A DNA stretch of 64,000 bases from a virus (IMGVR_UViG_3300028888_000044:323539-387538); one strand, 5' to 3'. Positions 37,192 through 46,939 are shown, numbered from the stretch's first letter. The notes: a model not told the origin generated them from the sequence alone. Translations and numbers: made by a program.

Positions 37192-37719
37192 TTAATTATT
37201 ATTGGAAAGACCTAATTCCTTTTGTAATTTGTAATATAGGTTAAGCTTTGCTTTACGTTCGTTCTCTTCCCACGTTTCTTTATCTGTGATAATATGTTGG
37301 AGGTATTCGTCAGACCAAGTTAGCTGATATACTGGGAATCTTACAATAGCTCCGTTGTCACAATGCCCTTCGACAGTATGGTTTCTATGGTTAAAATAAT
37401 AACGGTTAACTTTGGTAAAGTTGATGTCCTTGTTTGCCAAGTAATATCCTACTCTTTTGCAATTGTTTTGGAAAACAGAATCCATGATTTCATAATCTTC
37501 CAAAAAGCCTTCACCCACTGGTATTTCCCATCTGACTTCTGCTTCACTGCAAATTGGTAGAATGGAATATCCAAGCTGATTAAGTATTCTTTGAACTTCA
37601 TCTGAAGGGTAAGGAATCAAGATTGAGTTTTTGCCCAACTTCTTTGCCTCTTGCACTTGTTGTTGAATGTTTTGGATTCTTTCGTCATCATAGAAGATGT
37701 TATATTCTTGTGTTGACAT
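37192..37719 (-). CDS. hypothetical protein
   Basis: Start chosen at MSTQEYNIF to avoid overlap with 37734..38036. Confidence 0.45.
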   Translation of the reverse strand: MSTQEYNIFYDDERIQNIQQQVQEAKKLGKNSILIPYPSDEVQRILNQLGYSILPICSEAEVRWEIPVGEGFLEDYEIMDSVFQNNCKRVGYYLANKDINFTKVNRYYFNHRNHTVEGHCDNGAIVRFPVYQLTWSDEYLQHIITDKETWEENERKAKLNLYYKLQKELGLSNNN

Positions 37720-37733
37720 AATTATTTTGTATA

Positions 37734-38036
37734 TTAGTTTAGAGAAACCACAGGGTCGAAATATGTTAAATTTTCTGGATATTCTTCTAAGAAAATCTCG
37801 CACTTTCGTCTTTTTAGTACTGCGATTTGCTGTTCGATTTGTTTAAGCTTATATTTCATAACTTCTGATTTCGGAACAAATTTATAAGTAGCTTCATTCT
37901 CTTTCAGATATTTATCGAAGAAATAAAAGTTATGACCGATTGTTAAATAGCCTTTTTCATCTACAGCGCCATAATGAACAACATTGCGACCATATTTGGC
38001 ACAATTAATTTTGACGTACTTGTACTTTCCTTCCAT
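37734..38036 (-). CDS. paralog family B protein
   Basis: MEGKYKYVKIN...VPKSEVMKYKLKQIEQQIAVLKRRK. Confidence 0.55.
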   Translation of the reverse strand: MEGKYKYVKINCAKYGRNVVHYGAVDEKGYLTIGHNFYFFDKYLKENEATYKFVPKSEVMKYKLKQIEQQIAVLKRRKCEIFLEEYPENLTYFDPVVSLN

Positions 38037-38054
38037 ATGTTTTAATGTTATTTC

Positions 38055-38339
38055 TTAAAAATGAATCAATTTAACAGCTGATTCTGAAGGCACATTATCT
38101 TTTCTTTTTCTAAGTTCGTTCATTTGTTCAAGAATATGTTTCTTTTTATGGTTTTCGACTACAATTCTTGGAACTTCCTCAAAGGTTGAATCAGCAAATA
38201 ATCGTTTAAAGAACTCAAAATCCAATTGCATATAGTTGCAATAATGAAATATATTTGTTTTTGTATTCAATACGCCAAAACCATAATGGTTGGTTAAGTT
38301 ATATGTAACTTTGTAGAACTTATAGTTGCCTTCTTCCAT
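38055..38339 (-). CDS. paralog family B protein
   Basis: MEEGNYKFYKV...FEEVPRIVVENHKKKHILEQMNELRKRK. Confidence 0.55.
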   Translation of the reverse strand: MEEGNYKFYKVTYNLTNHYGFGVLNTKTNIFHYCNYMQLDFEFFKRLFADSTFEEVPRIVVENHKKKHILEQMNELRKRKDNVPSESAVKLIHF

Positions 38340-38341
38340 GC

Positions 38342-38632
38342 TTAAACGTAATGATTGATACGTATTAATTCTGTTGGGTCTTCCGAATATATTTTTTCTT
38401 TTCTTTCTCTAAGCTTATTCATTTGTTCAAGCAATTTTTTCTGCTTATAAGCCATAACTTCGGTTTTTGTAACTTCCTCGAAAGTGTGATATGGACTATT
38501 TTGTTTATACCAATCAAAATTATAGTCAAAGTTGTTCACACACAAACAATTTGTTCTAGTGTTTAGTGCACAGTATTTGATTGCTTTTGTGCTTTTATGT
38601 GTCATTTTAATGTATTTATATTCGTCTGTCAT
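38342..38632 (-). CDS. paralog family B protein
   Basis: MTDEYKYIKM...FEEVTKTEVMAYKQKKLLEQMNKLRERK. Confidence 0.55.
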   Translation of the reverse strand: MTDEYKYIKMTHKSTKAIKYCALNTRTNCLCVNNFDYNFDWYKQNSPYHTFEEVTKTEVMAYKQKKLLEQMNKLRERKEKIYSEDPTELIRINHYV

Positions 38633-38949
38633 TTCTTCTTTTGATGAATTGGTAATACAAAATCACTTATTAAAACCAAGTCTTTTGGTTCTTCATAATC
38701 AGTTTGATTTATTCTTGACCTAAGAGTGTTGATTTGGTCAATGATATATCTTTTTTTATTGTTTAGTACAACAATTCTTGGAACTTCCTCAAACGTTAAA
38801 CTATCTCGACCGATTTTAGACTTGTATATACTAAAATTCAGTGTTGCACCATTTCTCAAGTATACTTGATTGTTTTCATCTACACAACAATAATGAACTC
38901 CTTGTGTCCATTTGTTAGTAACTTTATAGTATTTAAAATTTTCTGCCAT
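38629..38949 (-). CDS. paralog family B protein
   Basis: MAENFKYYKV...FEEVPRIVVLNNKKRYIIDQINTLRSR; minus -7 box near 38978. Confidence 0.55.
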   Translation of the reverse strand: MAENFKYYKVTNKWTQGVHYCCVDENNQVYLRNGATLNFSIYKSKIGRDSLTFEEVPRIVVLNNKKRYIIDQINTLRSRINQTDYEEPKDLVLISDFVLPIHQKKK

Positions 38950-39109
38950 TGTCTAATGATTAATTTCTGTATTGCAAAGATACATATTTAATTTAACACT
39001 TAAAAGTAAAAAGTGTTAAAAAAACAAAAATAATGAGTAATATTTAATCGTTATTAGTAAGTTAAAAATATTTATATACAAACTAATATTTATAAATTAA
39101 CTTTAGGCA

Positions 39110-39889
39110 ATGATATACTTAAAATTATTTATTACAGATGCTGAAAGACAAGCATGTACAGATGAATACGAATATGTATCATATACAGAGGAAACAGATG
39201 AAGTTCATATTAAGCGCATTGTGCCATTAGAAGAAACACCATTGACTTTGGTTGCTCTGACTGACGGAACATTAATATATACGAATAACAATCAAAGTTT
39301 CGGCATAACATATTCGACAAATAACGGCAGAACATGGTCAGAATCATCTAATGATATTACCGTAAATGTTACAGCTGGTGATAAGGTTCAATGGATGGGA
39401 AACATAAGCACAACAATTGGTAATCCAGGAAATTTTAGTGCAAGTACCGCATCATTTAATATTGAAGGAAACATAATGTCAATTTTTTACGGTGAAAACT
39501 TTATTGGGCAAACAGAATTTACTCGATATAAGTATACTATGAATTTATTTGCTAATTCGAAATGTGTTGATGCATCTAAATTGATAATGCATTTGACTTC
39601 ACTTGGAAATGGTTGCTATGGTATGTTTAGTGGATGCACAGAGCTGACTATAGCCCCTACATTAACAGCACAAGTGCTAAATGGTTCGTGTTATTCCAAC
39701 ATGTTCAATGGTTGTACAAATTTGTCGTATATCAAAATGCTTGCGACAGAAATAAATGGAAACAATTGTTTAACTAATTGGGTAGATGGTGTTGCCGCGA
39801 ATGGAACATTTGTAAAAGATGCAAGTATGACTACATTGCCAAGTGGTACAAGCGGTATTCCTGACGGATGGACAGTTATAGATGCATAA
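39110..39889 (+). CDS. hypothetical protein
   Basis: ORF 259 aa; bidirectional terminator 39890..39935. Confidence 0.5.
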   Translation: MIYLKLFITDAERQACTDEYEYVSYTEETDEVHIKRIVPLEETPLTLVALTDGTLIYTNNNQSFGITYSTNNGRTWSESSNDITVNVTAGDKVQWMGNISTTIGNPGNFSASTASFNIEGNIMSIFYGENFIGQTEFTRYKYTMNLFANSKCVDASKLIMHLTSLGNGCYGMFSGCTELTIAPTLTAQVLNGSCYSNMFNGCTNLSYIKMLATEINGNNCLTNWVDGVAANGTFVKDASMTTLPSGTSGIPDGWTVIDA

Positions 39890-39932
39890 AAAAATAAAAC
39901 CAAATACAATTGTATTTGGTTTTATTTTTTTT

Positions 39933-41168
39933 TTAATAGAAATGAAGAACTTTCTTGAACATATCCACAACATCTTCATAACCAGTATGTTTTCCTTTAT
40001 CCTCACTAATCTTGCAAGTATCGGAGAAGAATGGGTAATTACTATTCTCTTTGATTGCAAGGAGCTTGATAACGATATTCATTGGTTTGATTTCATCTAC
40101 GATACCTTTCCAATCGTTTGTCCAAGCTGTTCCTATTCCATAACTGATTTTAGGATATTCTTTTCCAATGACTTTCTGGATATGGCAAGCATCATCAATT
40201 GACAATGCATTACTGAAGATGATTGTCTTTTCCTTTGGGTCGATGCCAAGAGAGCTGTATTTGTCACAAATCTTGTGGAACTGTTCGAAGTTGTCACCAC
40301 TATCAATTCGAAGTCCATCGAAACAGTTTGCAAAGTCTTTGTTGAAGTTTCGAGCAAAGGCATCGAAACCGTAGGTATCATACAAGTATGTTCCCAAAGC
40401 ACCCTTGAATGTATGCCTCCACTTTTCCATTGCAATCTTATTGGCAAGCAGTGGACCGTACAGACCAGCAATACCGCTAATCCATTCGTGTGCCATTGTT
40501 CCGATTGGTGTGGTGTTGTACTTCATTGCAAGGTAAACGTTAGATGTACCAACGCACTTGCCATTTGTTTGACAAAGTGGTGATATGAATGTTGGTCTAT
40601 TTTTGGTTGCATTAAGCATTGCTTTGAGAGCAGTTTCCTCCGTTTCGAAAGAAGAACGTCTTCGAGTGCCGAAATCAGCCCATACACATCCATTGTCAAT
40701 CATTTGTGCTGCCTTGACAAACGACTTTGTATAATACTTCTTGTAATCGAATTTTTTGTCAAGTTCAGTAATCTTGTAATAGAGTTCTGAAACGATTGCA
40801 AGAACCATTACTTCGAGCAACACAGTTTCTGCCCACAGACCTTCGAAAATGATATGCAGATGTCCATCTGTATCTTGTGAAACGTTAACAAGGTCGGAAT
40901 TGAATCGGAATCCACGAAGATAAGTGAAGAACCATTGTGGAAGGTACTTGCACTTTTCCTTCATAAAGTTGATTTCTTCTTCTGTGATTGTCAATGTTTC
41001 GAGAGTTTGTATTTCGGCTTTTAAGAATTGGTCAAAATGTTTTGGATAAACTGTTTTGTTCCTATCAACAAACTCGTACCTTACGATTGCATCTGGAAAG
41101 TTATCCACGATTGCGCAGCACATTGTAAGTTTGTACAAGTCTGTATCTGTAAAGTGTTTAATAATCAT
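39933..41168 (-). CDS. nicotinate/nicotinamide phosphoribosyltransferase-like (type II PRTase, PncB/NadV family)
   Basis: ADFGTRRRSSF and PIGTMAHEWISG motifs, characteristic of the NAPRTase family. Start set at MIIKHFTDTDLYK just downstream of the stop of the upstream gene. Confidence 0.6.
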   Translation of the reverse strand: MIIKHFTDTDLYKLTMCCAIVDNFPDAIVRYEFVDRNKTVYPKHFDQFLKAEIQTLETLTITEEEINFMKEKCKYLPQWFFTYLRGFRFNSDLVNVSQDTDGHLHIIFEGLWAETVLLEVMVLAIVSELYYKITELDKKFDYKKYYTKSFVKAAQMIDNGCVWADFGTRRRSSFETEETALKAMLNATKNRPTFISPLCQTNGKCVGTSNVYLAMKYNTTPIGTMAHEWISGIAGLYGPLLANKIAMEKWRHTFKGALGTYLYDTYGFDAFARNFNKDFANCFDGLRIDSGDNFEQFHKICDKYSSLGIDPKEKTIIFSNALSIDDACHIQKVIGKEYPKISYGIGTAWTNDWKGIVDEIKPMNIVIKLLAIKENSNYPFFSDTCKISEDKGKHTGYEDVVDMFKKVLHFY

Positions 41169-41172
41169 AAAA

Positions 41173-41616
41173 CTATTCTTCTGTTTCTTCGTTAGTTTCT
41201 GTTGGTGTAGTTTTCTTACTTTCGTATGGATTGGTAAGGAATTCGAATACTTCCTCCTTGTTGTCGGCAAAATCGAAAGCGTTGTTACTTGAAAGATGGG
41301 CTATGATGATGTCTTCAACTTCATCGTTACGGTCTTCTACAGTCCACTCACCGAACGACATATCATCATATACGATATAGCAATTACGGAGAGTAATGGC
41401 CATTCTATCGGTTGACTTGATTTCCTTGCCGTGCACACAAACGCATTCTACAGTTTCACCGTCTTCTGTAGTAATCTTGTCAACACTGACGCTGAATACA
41501 TTGAATGCATTTGCTCCGTGTGGGTATACGTGAGCGAATTTCTTGTTAAGAAGAGCTTCTACTACCTCTTTAATCTTTTCAACTGCCACTTGGGTCTTTG
41601 TAATTACTTCTGCCAT
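41173..41616 (-). CDS. hypothetical acidic protein
   Basis: ORF 147 aa; minus -7 box CAAAgaTA near 41655. Confidence 0.5.
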   Translation of the reverse strand: MAEVITKTQVAVEKIKEVVEALLNKKFAHVYPHGANAFNVFSVSVDKITTEDGETVECVCVHGKEIKSTDRMAITLRNCYIVYDDMSFGEWTVEDRNDEVEDIIIAHLSSNNAFDFADNKEEVFEFLTNPYESKKTTPTETNEETEE

Positions 41617-41702
41617 TTAATTGAATTTTTTAAGTTGTTTTAATTACAATGCAAAGATACACCTTTTTTCATTAAAAAGCAAGAAATAATTTATAAAATA
41701 TG

Positions 41703-41972
41703 TTAAAACCCACATATTGCGCATAGCATGCTTTCTATTGGGTTATCAAACTTCATCATATGGTCATTTCGTATTCTACCATCCTCTTGAATGTCATATC
41801 TAACGTTTTTATACATTATATAATAACCATTTACACCAGCTTGTGCAATTTGAGCTTGCACATAATATAATTGCAATTCGTTATGAATTATTCCTATGCA
41901 TTCATTTTCTGGTGAAAATACTTTCATAGTGAAATTCTGTATTTGTTTGGTTGGTAATACATTAATTGCCAT
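41703..41972 (-). CDS. hypothetical protein
   Basis: ORF 89 aa. Confidence 0.45.
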   Translation of the reverse strand: MAINVLPTKQIQNFTMKVFSPENECIGIIHNELQLYYVQAQIAQAGVNGYYIMYKNVRYDIQEDGRIRNDHMMKFDNPIESMLCAICGF

Positions 41973-41977
41973 AATTT

Positions 41978-42193
41978 CTAATGTTCACAAATAAAATAAA
42001 ACTTGTTGTTACAAAAGGGGCAAGTGAAGACTTCTTTCCATCTCATTGTTACGCCATACTTACCATCTTCAACTTTTTCTACGTCTTGTATTTCTACAGA
42101 CAAGTCATTATAGTTTTTCAAATAAGAATCTACATTTTCCCCACAATGCGGACATAATGGGGAATAATCTTTATCGTGTAATATTTCTTTCAT
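41978..42193 (-). CDS. zinc-ribbon protein
   Basis: CPHCGE...CPFCNN. Confidence 0.45.
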   Translation of the reverse strand: MKEILHDKDYSPLCPHCGENVDSYLKNYNDLSVEIQDVEKVEDGKYGVTMRWKEVFTCPFCNNKFYFICEH

Positions 42194-42812
42194 TTTCTAA
42201 AAAATATTTTATAGCAGCTTCAATTGCCTCTTCTTCTGTATTCCTTGGGAAATATTCTTCAGTTATTAGTTCATATGTTTTAAGGTCAATAATAGCTGTT
42301 CCATACTGATGATATTCTGAACTCATATCAGCATTGGTAAATGTATACGTAGATGGAAAAATCCCAACATTATGTACGATTTTAAGCCATTTTTTAGCCA
42401 TTTGAATAGTTGGGCATAAAAATACTTCCTTTGAATGTTCGTTCCATCCATTATATTTGCATACTGACATAATGTCATCATTATCTACAAATGAACGACC
42501 TACCGTAAAGCATTCGGCTGACAACTTATATATACCATTTGTATCTTGGCTATCATTAGCTTTATCAAGTATCCACACACATCTACATTTTGCATCAAAT
42601 CCAGACTTTTTAAGTAACTTAGCAATATCAAAAGATACAAAATCTTCTGTAACTATAAATTTTTCATTGCTGCGTAAATATTCAGAAACTGTAGGACCTA
42701 TTTTATTATATTTTTCCATTTCAAGTCTATCTTCGGCAAGTTGTTCTGGTGTAGCTGTGTCCAAATAGTGTAACATTTTCTGTACAATATTATCTAAATC
42801 TTTTTGTTCCAT
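42171..42812 (-). CDS. hypothetical protein with SF.xAKLLKKSGF motif
   Basis: Shares motif with 2450..2866. Confidence 0.5.
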   Translation of the reverse strand: MEQKDLDNIVQKMLHYLDTATPEQLAEDRLEMEKYNKIGPTVSEYLRSNEKFIVTEDFVSFDIAKLLKKSGFDAKCRCVWILDKANDSQDTNGIYKLSAECFTVGRSFVDNDDIMSVCKYNGWNEHSKEVFLCPTIQMAKKWLKIVHNVGIFPSTYTFTNADMSSEYHQYGTAIIDLKTYELITEEYFPRNTEEEAIEAAIKYFLENERNITR

Positions 42813-43039
42813 TACTTAATAATTTTTTTACGCATAACATCACCATTTGTGTCAGTAATGTATATGTATTTATTCTTTTCAGATGGAAGAGAATTGCTGA
42901 TAGACCATTCCGAATCGTTTTCGCTTACCAATAAGATGGAACCGTCAGACCATTCGCACCTATAATACTTTCCATCATATCCAACTATCACTACAGTGTA
43001 TTTACCGTCAGTGATTGCATCACCTACTTTAAATTTCAT
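42812..43039 (-). CDS. hypothetical protein
   Basis: ORF 75 aa, start/stop overlap with neighbours. Confidence 0.45.
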   Translation of the reverse strand: MKFKVGDAITDGKYTVVIVGYDGKYYRCEWSDGSILLVSENDSEWSISNSLPSEKNKYIYITDTNGDVMRKKIIK

Positions 43040-43353
43040 ATCTCATTATAACCTTTTATTACTTTAAGATTTGGGTTAAAGAACACATTTCCAATCACAT
43101 GATAAGCAAAATCACCAATCCAAGTGCCAAGTATGGATTCGACAAATTCAAACGAATTACGATAATCAGATGCCGTTGACCTAATTTTGTGATTGTTATC
43201 CAAGAATATCTCTTGTCTTACTGGTGCTCTGTATGTACACCATCCCTCACCATTATAATTAGATTCTAAAACGTCACCAACATAAATTGGTGTTCCAATG
43301 CAATCATAAATACCAGTAAATTGTCTGCAATCATATTTATATGGACGATACAT
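43036..43353 (-). CDS. hypothetical protein
   Basis: ORF 105 aa. Confidence 0.45.
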   Translation of the reverse strand: MYRPYKYDCRQFTGIYDCIGTPIYVGDVLESNYNGEGWCTYRAPVRQEIFLDNNHKIRSTASDYRNSFEFVESILGTWIGDFAYHVIGNVFFNPNLKVIKGYNEI

Positions 43354-43459
43354 AATTTTATTATTTTAAGTGTTCTATACTGTAGTTAGTATATACATTT
43401 TTATTTAAAAACAAAAAAAAACACTTTGGATTTTTTATTCCAAAGTATTTTTAATTTCA

Positions 43460-44509
43460 TCAATTGACCCAAACTTCTTCATCGTATCCACCATTTTCAA
43501 TTGCGTTTCTGTAGAATTCGATTTCGTCAATTGAAATTGGTTTGTAATTGTTTGCATCTACACCTACATTGTAGCCGAACTTCTTGCACTTCTGTGTTCC
43601 GTGAATATGTCCGAACAGAATGAATGAATCTTTAAGATTGAATTCGTTCTTGAACTGAAGTCCTATAGATGGCTCGTGGGTCAATATGTATGACTTGCCG
43701 TTGGATAATTTTTCAATTACAACCTTGAGGGAAAACTTACCATATCCAATATATGCCACTGATGGCTCTTGTGACTTCCCTTCACGTTCGTAGTTACCTT
43801 GCAAGAAATGCAAAGTGCCATTTAGATAGTGGCTATATTCTGTTTCACCGAAATCTCCCAAATGATAGATTTTGTCACAAGGATGAACTGTGTTGTTCCA
43901 ATTCTCAATCAAGGAGAAATCCATATCCTTGACATCAAGGAATGGTCGCTTTGAGAGTTGTAGAATCCTTTCAGAACCGAAATGGGTGTCGCTTGTGAAA
44001 TACACCTTTGGTGATTTTTCACATTCATCGATATACTCAACGAGAGAAGCGATACAGTCTTCGAGAGAGCTGTGCACAGTACCCATATGGTACTGTTCCA
44101 ATTTCTTTTGGAAATAGTCTCTGCCGCCAAATTCGTCATAACATCCGAAAATGATTTTCTTGCCTCTTGCGATATACTCACCGAATTCAGTCCGTGTTGT
44201 TTGCGCGTAATCGTGGTGGTGCTTTTGAAGCTCTTCGGTATTGGATGGTTTTGGAATCCAAAAGAGGATTACGTCAGCAAATCTCATATTAACTTCCTCC
44301 CAATCAACTTGTTCGTCATAGTTGAAATTCTTGTAGCTTTCACGTCTTGGCGAGAACCAAATTACATTATCGAGATTTGGCATGTTGTGTTGCCATTTTT
44401 CTGCTCCGAAAATTGGACCAGCTAGAAATACGTGCCACTTTGTCTTTGGTAAAATACCACCTAATTCATTCTTTAACTCATTGAATTTTGTTGGACAGCA
44501 AATAGTCAT
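43460..44509 (-). CDS. two-domain protein: N-terminal nucleoside 2-deoxyribosyltransferase-like fold plus C-terminal calcineurin-like metallophosphoesterase
   Basis: N-terminal VFLAGPIFG..W resembles the YLAGPF motif of NDT-fold enzymes. C-terminal HLGDFG, LQGNYE and ILFGHIHG match phosphoesterase metal-ligand motifs. Confidence 0.45.
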   Translation of the reverse strand: MTICCPTKFNELKNELGGILPKTKWHVFLAGPIFGAEKWQHNMPNLDNVIWFSPRRESYKNFNYDEQVDWEEVNMRFADVILFWIPKPSNTEELQKHHHDYAQTTRTEFGEYIARGKKIIFGCYDEFGGRDYFQKKLEQYHMGTVHSSLEDCIASLVEYIDECEKSPKVYFTSDTHFGSERILQLSKRPFLDVKDMDFSLIENWNNTVHPCDKIYHLGDFGETEYSHYLNGTLHFLQGNYEREGKSQEPSVAYIGYGKFSLKVVIEKLSNGKSYILTHEPSIGLQFKNEFNLKDSFILFGHIHGTQKCKKFGYNVGVDANNYKPISIDEIEFYRNAIENGGYDEEVWVN

Positions 44510-44511
44510 AA

Positions 44512-44976
44512 TTATTTTCTTTTATATTTTTTTTCAATGTGATACATCTTTTTAGTTGCCTTAAGAGCAAGCCCCTCTTCTATAAGGTTTTCTGTATCAA
44601 AGAAGTTAGAAAGAAGAAAGGCATCGGCTTTTCTTGTATATTTAGCAAAAACAAATGGAGAATTCTTCTCTGCATCATCATCATCCTCATGTTCGAGTTC
44701 AAGGATTGGCTGATTGAGTAAATCAGCAAATATATCCCTTTCAACTTGCATCATTGACTCTAGTTGGCGCAAATAAGGTTTGATTTCTGACACGTAGACT
44801 TGAATAACTCCTTTGTCATCAATTGGCTTGAAATTAAACAAGAAATTACCGTCACCATCATCAAAACCTCCGATAAGCTCAAGTGGCTGTGTATAACCGT
44901 TTACCTTGCATTTTACGTGATAGGGGGCTAATGCACATAAAACAGTAAACATTTTAATTTTTTGCTCGTTTGTCAT
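44512..44976 (-). CDS. hypothetical protein
   Basis: ORF 154 aa. Confidence 0.5.
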   Translation of the reverse strand: MTNEQKIKMFTVLCALAPYHVKCKVNGYTQPLELIGGFDDGDGNFLFNFKPIDDKGVIQVYVSEIKPYLRQLESMMQVERDIFADLLNQPILELEHEDDDDAEKNSPFVFAKYTRKADAFLLSNFFDTENLIEEGLALKATKKMYHIEKKYKRK

Positions 44977-45051
44977 AATTATTTTTTTAATTAAGCATTT
45001 AATATTGATTGTACAAGAACAGTTTCTTTCTCTGTCATATTCAATTTTGTT

Positions 45052-45846
45052 TTAATCGTACATTCCTTCTTCAGCTTTAAGAGCATAGCCTTTCAAAATT
45101 AGACCATTAAAATCAATATGATGATAATTTAGAAAGTCAAATATTGCTGAATTTGGAACTTTTGTTCCATCTTCAAGGTGGACATAAATGTCCAAAGAGT
45201 AATATTCCTCCCATTCCTCATCTGTCATATCTTCCATTGGGCGAAGATATGGTTTTATATCCTCAAGGTCATGCCAGTGATGGCAACTATCAACTATAAC
45301 AAAGTCATCTTCTATAGCAAAAGCGCCAATAATCGTAGAATTTGATTCATGATGAGTAATTGTTTCCTCATTCAAATCATTTACGTTAGTAATATTAAAA
45401 GATAACTTTATCTTTGTGTTTGTACCAACTCTAGCAGCTAAATCACTGAATATTAATCGTTTTTCCACTAGCGTCAAAGGATAGATGTCTCTGACATCAA
45501 GAATTCTTCTCTCAACAATGTTTTCCCTTGGAAATATGTATTCAAACTCATTGAGAATCTTATATCTTGATACAGTAAACTCGTTGATTGTAAAGCCATT
45601 AGATACAAGTTCCTCCAAATCTCTTTTTGAGAACCACTTCTGTAGTGTTTCTTTGGATGGGGCGCTTGCGAACCATCTTGTTCCCTCTTCTCCGTAGATT
45701 GGGTCGAATTCCATTGGCAAATCACGGCATTTACCGTCTGTCAACATATCGAACAATGGTTCCCATGTTCCATCGAACTTACGCCACAAACCTTTTTCTT
45801 TTTGGGTGTGCTCAACCCTATATACTTTAATCTGTTCCATTTCCAC
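45052..45846 (-). CDS. hypothetical protein
   Basis: ORF 264 aa. Confidence 0.5.
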   Translation of the reverse strand: MEMEQIKVYRVEHTQKEKGLWRKFDGTWEPLFDMLTDGKCRDLPMEFDPIYGEEGTRWFASAPSKETLQKWFSKRDLEELVSNGFTINEFTVSRYKILNEFEYIFPRENIVERRILDVRDIYPLTLVEKRLIFSDLAARVGTNTKIKLSFNITNVNDLNEETITHHESNSTIIGAFAIEDDFVIVDSCHHWHDLEDIKPYLRPMEDMTDEEWEEYYSLDIYVHLEDGTKVPNSAIFDFLNYHHIDFNGLILKGYALKAEEGMYD

Positions 45847-46234
45847 TTATTTCAAAATTAAAATTAATATCGCAGTCTCTCAACCAATGCTGAAACTGAT
45901 GTACTGTGACAAATTCCTTTTCAACGACAATTCGTCTTTCTTCGTCATTGAATCTGCCTTGGCTATACATAGATATTGAAAACAGTCCATCTTCCTCATC
46001 AATGACTGTTATTGAAATACCACCATCCCCATAAAATTTTTGAAGAGTATATTTATTGTCTTTTACCTTGAATCCGTTTGCCAAAAGGAGGTCTGTTGTC
46101 AGACTAATTGGCTCAAAATTACCGATTGTAGAATCGTCTAATTGAAATGTAGGAGATACAACTTGGTAATAATAGTATTTTCCATCTACATACCATTTGT
46201 ACCAATCACCAATCATTAATTCTGTTTTTACCAT
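45827..46234 (-). CDS. hypothetical protein
   Basis: ORF 135 aa. Confidence 0.5.
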   Translation of the reverse strand: MVKTELMIGDWYKWYVDGKYYYYQVVSPTFQLDDSTIGNFEPISLTTDLLLANGFKVKDNKYTLQKFYGDGGISITVIDEEDGLFSISMYSQGRFNDEERRIVVEKEFVTVHQFQHWLRDCDINFNFEISGNGTD

Positions 46235-46431
46235 AATTTTAAAAATTTTAAATGAACTTAAGCCTAAGTGCTACAATCTGACCTTTTGAATTTTTGGTTT
46301 CATATAAGGAATAACTTCCATCGCCAAAACCACTCAAACAATTGACACACTTGTTATCGAAACATTTACCAGACCGTCGTTCTTGTTTTACTTTTGGATA
46401 AATCCATTTTTGAGTAAACACATCCGAAGAA

Positions 46432-46782
46432 TTAAATATAGTCAAAAGTAGTCACACTACCTTTTATACATTCACTCCTTGCAGTTTCTTGCAAGTTCCT
46501 TCGAAACGATAACAATACTTCTTTTACCTTCTCACGTTTAAACTTCTTAGGTTCAAAAGCACCATTATCCAATTGTTTTAAGAGCGATTCTCGTAACACG
46601 GTTACAAGCACTCTGTTCCTTATATTCTTTGCAGCATTAAAATCTGCATTATCCTTATATCCACATTCAATACATTCAAATTTATCTTTGTTTATTTTTT
46701 GCATATTCACTATATTTATTTGAAATTTTGCTCCAAAATTCATATCCCTCTTCTGTACACGAGAAAAAAAATGCGTTTTCAA
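46432..46782 (-). pseudogene. IS200/IS605 TnpB (OrfB) C-terminal remnant
   Basis: ECIECGYKDNADFNAAKNIRNRV matches the TnpB C-terminal CxxCG...D.NAA.NI signature. Only the second CxxC pair is present, and the ORF overlaps a family A gene by 100 nt. Confidence 0.45.
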
Positions 46783-46939
46783 TCAAATCTATTCTGTCTA
46801 AATGTACTATAACATACATCGCCCAATTAACCCAGTTGTGAAATCTAATGTGGTGGCTCTTAAAGAAAGCGTTGAAATATTTCTCATAAACTCCGTTATC
46901 TTTCAAGAATCGTAAAAAGTCAATTAGTGTTTTATTCAT
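46682..46939 (-). CDS. paralog family A protein
   Basis: FLRFLKDNGVYEKY ... TEEGYEFW. Confidence 0.55.
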   Translation of the reverse strand: MNKTLIDFLRFLKDNGVYEKYFNAFFKSHHIRFHNWVNWAMYVIVHLDRIDLIENAFFFSCTEEGYEFWSKISNKYSEYAKNKQR

